From: Candidatus Nomurabacteria bacterium GW2011_GWE2_34_25 | GTDB lineage: Bacteria > Patescibacteriota > Minisyncoccia > Phycocordibacterales > UBA9973 | Direction of reading: 5' to 3' | Length of the DNA stretch: 54,608 nt | Assembly (NCBI GenBank): GCA_000990325.1 | Contig: LBPS01000009.1 | Coordinates: 1-54,608, forward strand | Part shown: piece after piece, positions 47,725-54,608 of the stretch | Layout: each line of letters begins with the position of its first letter | Numbering within the stretch: the first letter of the stretch is position 1 | The notes under the pieces: model-generated | The model's database searches: none | What the model was told of the DNA's origin: nothing | Seen by the model: the letters and a program-made list of their open reading frames with translations, nothing else | Made by a program: the position numbers and the translations under genes

Positions 47725-48774
47725 TTAATCTTCCAATTGAGGTTTCTCAATTGATTGCATTTCTATACTTATAGTATCTCCAGTTATTCTCATGACATCT
47801 TTATCTATCTTTCTAAATTCATGGTTTGATTTATTGAAATGGTTTACTGTCGTCTCAAGAGCGTTGCCAAGCTTCTGATGCATTTCTTCGTAACTTCGAA
47901 GATGCTTACCTAGCTCGCTAACTCTTTTCACTATATCCTTTGCACTTTCTTCTATTTGCATGGCTTTAAGTCCTTGAAGCACTGTCTGCAAGTAAGCAAG
48001 GAATGAAGTAGGAGAAACAATGATAACTTTGTATTTACTTGCCGCTCTTTGGATAAGGTTCTCCGTGTCTTCGTTAATAGCACCGATCTTATTGATAAGT
48101 AGATCGTAGTAGATAGCTTCGTGAGGTATGAACATAAATGCGAAGTCCATAGTGCCTTTGTCTGGTTGAATGTATTTAGAAGTCTCTGCAATACGATTCT
48201 TTAAATCATTTACAAATACTTTCTCGAGACGGTCCTTTTCCGTTTTATCATTTGTCTCACTTATACGATTGTAATTTTCAAGAGAGAATTTAGAATCTAT
48301 GGGTATTACTTTGTCTTTTACGAAGACCGCTGCGTCGACGATTGTGCCATCGGGGAAGGGGTATTGCATCTGGTAACTTCCAGGAGGCATTATATTCTTG
48401 AGTAATGTTTCCAAGTAGTACTCTCCGAGGATTCCTCTTTGCTTAGGATTCTTTAGGATATCTTGAAGATTTTGAAGTTGGTCGGCAAAGGATACGACTT
48501 GCTTGTTGGTTTCATCGAGTCTAGTAATCTTCTCTGTAATATCGGCAATAATCCTAGAAGTCTCAGACGATTGAAAACGCATCGTCTGGTTGATTTCTTT
48601 CTGCGATTCACCCAGCTTGCTATCTATCGTTCTTGAAAGTTCGTTTATTTGATTCAGAAGTAATTGTACGGAATTATCACTTTTTTCTTCAGGCTTCTTT
48701 TTCGAGATTAAAACAACTCCGACAATTATGGCGATTATAATTATAACTAAAAGTATAATAATTAAAGTATTCAT
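47725..48774 (-). CDS. rmuC: DNA recombination protein RmuC
   Basis: N-terminal TM, coiled coil, KQRGILGE, IPIDSKF, TMDFAFMFIPHE, IVSPT. Confidence 0.93.
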   Translation of the reverse strand: MNTLIIILLVIIIIAIIVGVVLISKKKPEEKSDNSVQLLLNQINELSRTIDSKLGESQKEINQTMRFQSSETSRIIADITEKITRLDETNKQVVSFADQLQNLQDILKNPKQRGILGEYYLETLLKNIMPPGSYQMQYPFPDGTIVDAAVFVKDKVIPIDSKFSLENYNRISETNDKTEKDRLEKVFVNDLKNRIAETSKYIQPDKGTMDFAFMFIPHEAIYYDLLINKIGAINEDTENLIQRAASKYKVIIVSPTSFLAYLQTVLQGLKAMQIEESAKDIVKRVSELGKHLRSYEEMHQKLGNALETTVNHFNKSNHEFRKIDKDVMRITGDTISIEMQSIEKPQLED

Positions 48775-48798
48775 ATATGTGTTTATTTTAGCACAATT

Positions 48799-49524
48799 TT
48801 ATTGCAATTTCCTCAAATAATATTTCAAAGTATATACCCAATCTTCTTCATTGTCAGGATTCTGTTCTTTCTGGGCGAGCATCCATTCTAAGTATCCGCG
48901 GTCTATGTCTGCTACTTCTGCTACTGTTTTACCGTTATGCTTCCCAAAATTAAACAAATTCATGATAGAGGGCTTTGAAGATATCTCTATCATTTTTTCT
49001 ATGGCTTTATCTTGGTCTATATTTTCTTCTTTTATTATTTTAGACAACAATCTCTCAAAAAGTTTTTCAAGTACTAGTACGTCACCGAGGGCATCATGAG
49101 CTGAAGCTTCGATATTAATATCTAAATAATATCTTAAGAATTGAAGCTTGTATTGAGGAATAATATTTTCTTTATCTAAATATCTTGCGACACGAAGCGT
49201 GCAGATAAAATTTGTTGGCTTGATATTTTCTTTGTCTATGATTGCAATATCAAACTTGGCATTATGAGCAACAACAACAGAATTTGAATCTTCAAATAAT
49301 TCTTTTATTTTCTTGCACCCAACACTATCCCTGAATGCTTCTTTGTCTGCAACCATCTTGTTTGTTATGTGGGTGATGGCGCTAGCTTCAGGCGGAATAG
49401 GGATAGAAGGCTTGTAAAGTTCGCAGAAAGTTTCATTACCTGTTTTATAAGCTATCTGGCAAAGAAAATCCTTTTTAGGCTCATTGCCTGTTGTCTCCGT
49501 ATCAAAAAATATAATTTTTTTCAT
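48799..49524 (-). CDS. DEDDh 3'-5' exonuclease (ExoX/DnaQ-like)
   Basis: FFDTETTG, VAHNAKFD, AHDALGD, C-terminal FGKHNG..YLEWM. Confidence 0.9.
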   Translation of the reverse strand: MKKIIFFDTETTGNEPKKDFLCQIAYKTGNETFCELYKPSIPIPPEASAITHITNKMVADKEAFRDSVGCKKIKELFEDSNSVVVAHNAKFDIAIIDKENIKPTNFICTLRVARYLDKENIIPQYKLQFLRYYLDINIEASAHDALGDVLVLEKLFERLLSKIIKEENIDQDKAIEKMIEISSKPSIMNLFNFGKHNGKTVAEVADIDRGYLEWMLAQKEQNPDNEEDWVYTLKYYLRKLQ

Positions 49525-49564
49525 ATCCTAGTATTCTACCACTAGAAAAGATATAATCAAAAAT

Positions 49565-50149
49565 ATGTTGGAATTTTTTGGATATCTATCAGGCATATTA
49601 ATGATGCTTTCGGTTATTCCTTATGCTCGGAGTATTCTAAGGGGAGAGACAAAACCTCAAAGGATGACTTGGCTTATTTGGACTATTCTTATCTTGATTG
49701 CTTTCTTTTCGCAATTAGCCAAAGGTGCCACATGGTCGCTCTTGCTTACCGCTGGGGATGCTATTGCTATTCTTATTACATTTATTCTCTCTATAAAATT
49801 TGGCGTTGGAGGTTTTCGAAAGATAGATATTATTTCTCTTTTTGGAGCCGGTTTTAGTCTTTTACTTTGGTATCTTACCAGCGAACCAGCGGTGGCTCTG
49901 TTCTTAATTATTTTAATTGATTTAATTGGAGTTAATTTAACAGTTGTAAAAACTTGGAAAAATCCAGAAACTGAAAACTGGGTAGCTTGGGCCATATGCG
50001 GAGTTGGGGGACTGTTCGGAATTCTATCTGTTGGTAGTTTCAATCTTATTCTTCTTTCCTATCCTTTATATATCTGTTTAGCCAATTCAACTATTGCTCT
50101 AATAGTGATAAGTAGGAAAAAGTATTTACATTTGGTAAATAAAGTATAA
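49565..50149 (+). CDS. Hypothetical multi-pass membrane protein
   Basis: IPY..SI..G.TKP..TWLIW, P.TEN; several TM helices. Confidence 0.75.
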   Translation: MLEFFGYLSGILMMLSVIPYARSILRGETKPQRMTWLIWTILILIAFFSQLAKGATWSLLLTAGDAIAILITFILSIKFGVGGFRKIDIISLFGAGFSLLLWYLTSEPAVALFLIILIDLIGVNLTVVKTWKNPETENWVAWAICGVGGLFGILSVGSFNLILLSYPLYICLANSTIALIVISRKKYLHLVNKV

Positions 50150-50167
50150 ATTTGCTACAATATAGAC

Positions 50168-50623
50168 ATGACATTACATGAACAAATTAGGAATAATATA
50201 AAAGAGAGTATGAAAGCAGGGGACAAGGTTCGCCTTGAAGTTATGCGAGGGCTACTCACAGCTTTTACCAATGAGCTTGTGGCAACAGCTAGAACCCCTC
50301 AAGATATGCTTAATGATGAGGAAGCTATAAAGGTTATTACTCGAGCAGCTAAACAAAGGAAGGATTCCATAGAGCAGTTCACAAAAGGTGGGCGTACAGA
50401 CCTAGTAGATGTAGAGACGGATCAGCTTCACATACTCGAAGAGTTTTTACCTAAACTTATGGAAGAAAATGAAATAGAAGAAATTATAAAAACTATGATG
50501 ACGGAACTTGCGGTTAAAGATTTAACAAAGAAAGGAATGTTCATGGCGGGGGTTATGAAAGACTTAAAGGGTAGGGCCGATGGTGCTCTCGTCAAAGAAG
50601 TTGTCGATAGATTATTTGTTTAA
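50168..50623 (+). CDS. GatB/YqeY domain protein
   Basis: MKAGDKVRL, KQRKDSIEQF..GGR.DL, LKGRADG. Confidence 0.92.
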   Translation: MTLHEQIRNNIKESMKAGDKVRLEVMRGLLTAFTNELVATARTPQDMLNDEEAIKVITRAAKQRKDSIEQFTKGGRTDLVDVETDQLHILEEFLPKLMEENEIEEIIKTMMTELAVKDLTKKGMFMAGVMKDLKGRADGALVKEVVDRLFV

Positions 50624-50641
50624 TTTAAAAATATAATAAAT

Positions 50642-50989
50642 ATGCGTATCATTTTACATTGGATTATAATTTCTGCTTCAGTAATAGCCACTACATATAT
50701 AGTATCGGGCATTAGTTTGTCGCCAGTAGTATGGACAGCTCTTGTCGTGGGAGCATGTCTAACTCTTTTCAATATGTTTATCAAGCCAATAATAAATATA
50801 CTTACTCTTCCTCTCAATATTGTGACCCTAGGATTGTTCTCATTGGTAGTGAATGGATTACTCTTTTGGTTTTTGGGAAGTGTCATAAAAGGATTTTCGG
50901 TCAGTACTTTTACAGCTGCTTTCGTCGGAGCGATATTGGTTTCTGTTATAAATTGGGTTCTTAGAAAAGTGTTCCACTTTGATTTGTAA
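50642..50989 (+). CDS. YvlD/DUF360 (holin family 4-like) membrane protein
   Basis: IKPIINILTLPLNIVTLGLFSLVVNG. Confidence 0.88.
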   Translation: MRIILHWIIISASVIATTYIVSGISLSPVVWTALVVGACLTLFNMFIKPIINILTLPLNIVTLGLFSLVVNGLLFWFLGSVIKGFSVSTFTAAFVGAILVSVINWVLRKVFHFDL

Positions 50990-50994
50990 TTTTT

Positions 50995-51612
50995 ATGGAA
51001 TATATTTCTATTGGCGCCATAAGACACTTTATTGAGGTTCATGCGATCATAGTTTACTTGATTTTATTTCTTGGTGTGATTATTGAGGGAGAAATTGCAG
51101 TTATCTTTGCTGGAATATTTGCATACCTTGGTTCTATAAATATTTTTATAGCTATCATCGCTGTGGTATTGGGCGGTATTGCAAAATCATTCTTAGGGTA
51201 TACTATTGGTTACTATTTACAGAAGCATCATTCACATAAACCTTTTATTAATAAAATGGAAGGAAGGATATCGTACTTTCTGCCAAGATTTAAGGAGAGG
51301 CCATTCTGGTCAATATTTATATCTAGATTTTTCATCCTCGGGATTGGATGGTTTACAGTTATCTTCTCTGGTTATAAGAAAATTCCTCTCAAGATATATG
51401 CTAAGGCAGAATCGTATTCACTGGCTATATGGTCAGTAGGGATCATGGCCTTAGGATTCTTTTTCGGTTATACTGCATTATCAATAAGTCGAGATGTGCG
51501 TCATGTCCTTGTTATTATTTTAGTTTTCTTTATAATGTTCTTTGTTTTAGAGAAAATTATTGCATTTGTTTTTGAATTATTTAATATTAAGGAATTTAAT
51601 GAATTAGAATAA
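50995..51612 (+). CDS. DedA family membrane protein
   Basis: IEGE..VIFAG, GYTIG, IFISRF. Confidence 0.8.
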   Translation: MEYISIGAIRHFIEVHAIIVYLILFLGVIIEGEIAVIFAGIFAYLGSINIFIAIIAVVLGGIAKSFLGYTIGYYLQKHHSHKPFINKMEGRISYFLPRFKERPFWSIFISRFFILGIGWFTVIFSGYKKIPLKIYAKAESYSLAIWSVGIMALGFFFGYTALSISRDVRHVLVIILVFFIMFFVLEKIIAFVFELFNIKEFNELE

Positions 51613-51613
51613 A

Positions 51614-52501
51614 ATGTCTATTTTTAAAAAAAAGAAAATATGTGTAACACACAACGGCTCTTTTCACGCAGATGACCTTTTTGCTACGGCAGCACTTTCA
51701 ATACTAAACAATGGCAACATAAAGATAGTTCGAACTAGAGATGAAAAGTGGTTTGAAAAAGGAGATTATGTGTATGATGTAGGGGGTATTTATGATCCAG
51801 TAGTAGATAAATTTGATCATCATCAAGAAGGTGGAGCAGGTAATAGAGAGAATGGAATGCCGTATTCATCTTTTGGTTTAATATGGAAAAAGTACGGAGA
51901 AGAAGTCTGTGGATCAAAAGAAGTTGCTCAAAAAATAGATACCAAGTTGGTGCAATCAATAGATGCTTTTGATAATGGTATCAACCTTTTTGATGTTAAG
52001 GGTGAAGTTGGTCCATATATAATTCAGAGTATATTTTTTAATTTCCGGCCAAGTTGGAAAGAGAAGCAGGATTATGATTCTTGTTTTATTAAACTCATTC
52101 CTTTTGTTGTCGAAATTTTAAAAAGAGAAATCATAAACACTAGAGATGAATTTGAAGCAGAGTCTATAGTAAGGAAGGCTTATAATGAAGCCGAAGACAA
52201 GAGAGTTATTATTTTTAATGGTAACTATCCTTGGTTTGAAACAATAAACGAGTATAGCGAACCTCTGTATATAATATCTAGAAAAGGTGATTTATGGAGA
52301 GCTGAAGCAGTTAGGAAAGAAAAGAATAATTTTGCTAATAGAAAACCATTTCCAGAAGAATGGGCTGGAAAAAGGGATGATGTTATGGCTCAAGCTTCTG
52401 GAGTGCCGGACGCAATATTTTGTCACAATGGTAGATACTTAGTTGTTGCAAAATCAAAAGAAGGAATTATGGAGCTTGTAAAAAAAGCATTATTAGCGTA
52501 A
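51614..52501 (+). CDS. MYG1 family protein
   Basis: VTHNGSFHADD, RTRD, DVGG.YD..FDHHQ, SSFGLIW, FCH. Confidence 0.92.
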   Translation: MSIFKKKKICVTHNGSFHADDLFATAALSILNNGNIKIVRTRDEKWFEKGDYVYDVGGIYDPVVDKFDHHQEGGAGNRENGMPYSSFGLIWKKYGEEVCGSKEVAQKIDTKLVQSIDAFDNGINLFDVKGEVGPYIIQSIFFNFRPSWKEKQDYDSCFIKLIPFVVEILKREIINTRDEFEAESIVRKAYNEAEDKRVIIFNGNYPWFETINEYSEPLYIISRKGDLWRAEAVRKEKNNFANRKPFPEEWAGKRDDVMAQASGVPDAIFCHNGRYLVVAKSKEGIMELVKKALLA

Positions 52502-52519
52502 GTTGGAGTATATAGCTTC

Positions 52520-52596
52520 GCACAAAATAATTTAATTTTCTTGCGCTTTACCCCAAAGGGGCCCTACGCGACAGCGAAAATCAATTTATTTTATGC
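52520..52596. repeat. Imperfect inverted-repeat element upstream of obgE
   Basis: GCACAAAATAATTTAATTTTC...GAAAATCAATTTATTTTATGC enclosing CCCCAAAGGGGCCCTACG. Confidence 0.55.
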
Positions 52597-52610
52597 TCGC
52601 TAGAATACAT

Positions 52611-53579
52611 ATGTTCATAGACGAAATAAAATTTTTTGGAAAAGCTGGAACCGGTGGAGACGGGGTTGTTCGTTGGCGTCGGGAGAAATTCATAGATAAA
52701 GGTGGGCCCAATGGCGGAGACGGAGGTAGAGGTGGCAGTGTATTTGCTGTCGCTGTACAAGACGTTCATATCCTTTCTCGTTACAAACATAAAAAAGAAT
52801 GGAGGGGTAACGATGGAGAGCCTGGAGCAGGCGGAAGTCGTCACGGTAAAGATGGAGCTGATATAACTATAGAGCTTCCCGTAGGTTCTATTATTACAAA
52901 CGTTGAAAGTGGCGCATCTGTATCACTAGAAGAAGTAGGACAAAAGGAACTCTTACTCAAGGGTGGTCTTGGTGGTTTTGGCAATGAACAGTTCAAGACT
53001 TCTACAAATACCGCTCCGACGACTGCCACAAAAGGCAAGATAGGAGAAGAAGGTAACTTCAAGATCGAGCTTGAACTTTTCGCTGAAGTAGGACTTATAG
53101 GTCTACCCAATGCAGGGAAGTCCTCACTCTTAAATGATATAACCAACGCCGATGCGAAGATAGGTAGCTATCAGTTCACCACCCTTGATCCAAACTTAGG
53201 AGACTTTTATGGGCATATCATTGCCGACATTCCTGGACTTATAGAAGGAGCATCGACTGGGAAGGGTCTTGGTATTAAATTCTTAAAACACATAAAGAGA
53301 ACTCGCATGCTTGCACACTTAGTATCTTTAGAAAACGAGAATCCAATGAAAGTTTATAAGCAGATAAGAAAAGAATTAGGAGCTTATGACAAATCTTTAC
53401 TTCTAAAGAAAGAAATAATAATCTTGACTAAGACAGACGTAATGACTGATACAAAGAAGCTAGATAAAATAAAAGCTGAGTTTGAGAAACTCGGTAATCC
53501 AGTCATGACCTTGTCTTTATATGAAGACCAATCTCTAAAGAAACTAATAGACGGACTTGTAAAATTGTTGAGAAAATAA
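52611..53579 (+). CDS. obgE: GTPase ObgE/CgtA
   Basis: MFIDE, GGPNGGDGGRGG, GLPNAGKS, YQFTTL, DIPGLIEGA. Confidence 0.96.
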   Translation: MFIDEIKFFGKAGTGGDGVVRWRREKFIDKGGPNGGDGGRGGSVFAVAVQDVHILSRYKHKKEWRGNDGEPGAGGSRHGKDGADITIELPVGSIITNVESGASVSLEEVGQKELLLKGGLGGFGNEQFKTSTNTAPTTATKGKIGEEGNFKIELELFAEVGLIGLPNAGKSSLLNDITNADAKIGSYQFTTLDPNLGDFYGHIIADIPGLIEGASTGKGLGIKFLKHIKRTRMLAHLVSLENENPMKVYKQIRKELGAYDKSLLLKKEIIILTKTDVMTDTKKLDKIKAEFEKLGNPVMTLSLYEDQSLKKLIDGLVKLLRK

Positions 53580-53619
53580 TATAGTATAAGAGTTTTTGAT
53601 TACATAAAAAGTCTAACAT

Positions 53620-53692
53620 GCCCTGTTAGCTCAGCTGGTAGAGCAGCTCCCTCTTAAGGAGATGGTCGGGGGTTCGATTCCCTCACGGGGCA
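53620..53692 (+). tRNA. tRNA-Lys (CTT), CCA not encoded
   Basis: GCCCTGT/ACGGGGC acceptor, CTCC-CTCTTAA-GGAG, GTTCGAT. Confidence 0.93.
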
Positions 53693-53858
53693 CAAATTTT
53701 TGCGAAGCACAAAATTTGTGATTTTTAAACATATCCAAATATATGTTTAAAAAAATCGAAAGACGGAGGCTGGCGAGCCGAGTCGGGGTCGCGAGCTTTT
53801 TCAGCAGAAAAAGACTTGTGACCGAACATGTACTCACGATTCCCTCACGGGGCACAAA
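53675..53858 (+). repeat. tRNA-Lys 3'-end 22-bp direct repeat flanking a structured ~140-bp element
   Basis: CGATTCCCTCACGGGGCACAAA at 53675-53696 and 53837-53858. Confidence 0.9.
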
Positions 53859-53874
53859 GTAGTATAATATAAAT

Positions 53875-54441
53875 ATGGAGAGACTTGGAAAAGATAAAAA
53901 TCTAAACACTAAAGAGGTCCAGTTGGACTTGCCTTTTGAAGATGTTTCTAAAAATGAAAACACTCAACATGTTGAAGGAGAATTTCAGCGGGAATATTTA
54001 GATGATCATAATAAAGAAAACGACGAAGAAGAAATTACCTATCTTTCACCCGATGAATTAATTGAATTAGAAACTTCTGATCCGGTTGCTTTTAAAGCTT
54101 TAATGGAAAAAATTAAAGAAAGAGAAGAACAAGAAAAAATAGATGAAATAGAAAGAGCTGTTTATGCAGAAGAAGCTGAAAAAGATAAACAAGAAAAAAT
54201 GAAAGAACTTCAAGAATCAATAAATAGAATAATTAAGGAAAATGAAGTAACTGACGTTATTGATGAAAGAGATGATAAAACTGGAGGATATAGACATACC
54301 ACAGAAATTGCACTACATAAAAAAGAAGAAGAAATAAAAAAGAAAAAAGAGCTGAAAATAAATAAAAACAAAACAAAACCCAAGAGTAAAAAGAGATGGT
54401 GGAATAGGGGGAGGAGATTCATTAAGGGATATTTTTGGTAG
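53875..54441 (+). CDS. Hypothetical highly charged protein (acidic body, basic tail)
   Basis: 188-aa ORF with TATAAT shortly before the ATG. Confidence 0.65.
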   Translation: MERLGKDKNLNTKEVQLDLPFEDVSKNENTQHVEGEFQREYLDDHNKENDEEEITYLSPDELIELETSDPVAFKALMEKIKEREEQEKIDEIERAVYAEEAEKDKQEKMKELQESINRIIKENEVTDVIDERDDKTGGYRHTTEIALHKKEEEIKKKKELKINKNKTKPKSKKRWWNRGRRFIKGYFW

Positions 54442-54608
54442 AGATAATCTTCGTTAGCTATATATTATAAGGGTTATTTAGGAATATCTAAATATTACTA
54501 AAATAGGTTCAAAATAGCTTGACTTATATACTTATATGTATATAATAGTCGTTACAGTCTGGTGTATACCTGGCTGATTTATTTTCTTTGAAATTTATAT
54601 AGTTTGTA

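Noticed and set aside
47330-47728. Alternative-frame ORFs (His/Asn-rich minus strand; Met/Val-rich plus strand)
   Set aside because: Shadows of the low-complexity repeat; the Gly/Tyr frame has the signal peptide and promoter.
50642-50989. Holin-like gene as prophage evidence
   Set aside because: YvlD/DUF360 proteins are common chromosomal genes, and no phage genes are nearby.
54519-54580. Promoter-like sequence and small hairpin at the window end
   Set aside because: Downstream context is cut off, so it cannot be assigned.

Overview
AT-rich, gene-dense bacterial chromosome segment that looks like Patescibacteria/CPR (Parcubacteria-like). That assignment is an inference from the short IF2, Rel ending at the TGS domain, lone peptide-binding protein next to secG, MYG1, and -10 boxes sitting just before many ATGs. 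Most of the window is housekeeping: metG, tatD, rpsF-ssb-rpsR, rnj, secG, rbfA, infB, cysteine desulfurase, clpB, parB, rel, topA, dprA, serS, dus, dnaX, rmuC and obgE, plus five tRNAs (Leu-TAG, Cys-GCA, Tyr-GTA, Gln-TTG, Lys-CTT). I found no integrase, transposase, rRNA or CRISPR array. The most unusual signal is a set of small structured DNA elements with no mobilising enzyme in view. (1) tRNA-Lys and tRNA-Gln are followed by ~160-170 bp hairpin-rich segments carrying direct and/or inverted copies of the tRNA's own 3' end, and a related hairpin lies upstream of tRNA-Cys. (2) A 116-bp MITE-like element with terminal inverted repeats and a 6-bp flanking duplication sits at the ssb start codon. 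(3) A 36-bp palindrome is inserted in frame, in opposite orientations, in two unrelated enzymes. A free-standing HTH-LAGLIDADG gene reads into tRNA-Tyr and stops in its anticodon loop. Accessory genes include a 1308-aa modular surface protein, a secreted amidase-like protein, a lone purC and a Gly/Tyr-rich secreted repeat protein. Three genes (the AI-2E/metG junction, tatD, parB) are broken at apparent deletions, possibly assembly artefacts. All family assignments come from motif recognition, not database searches.
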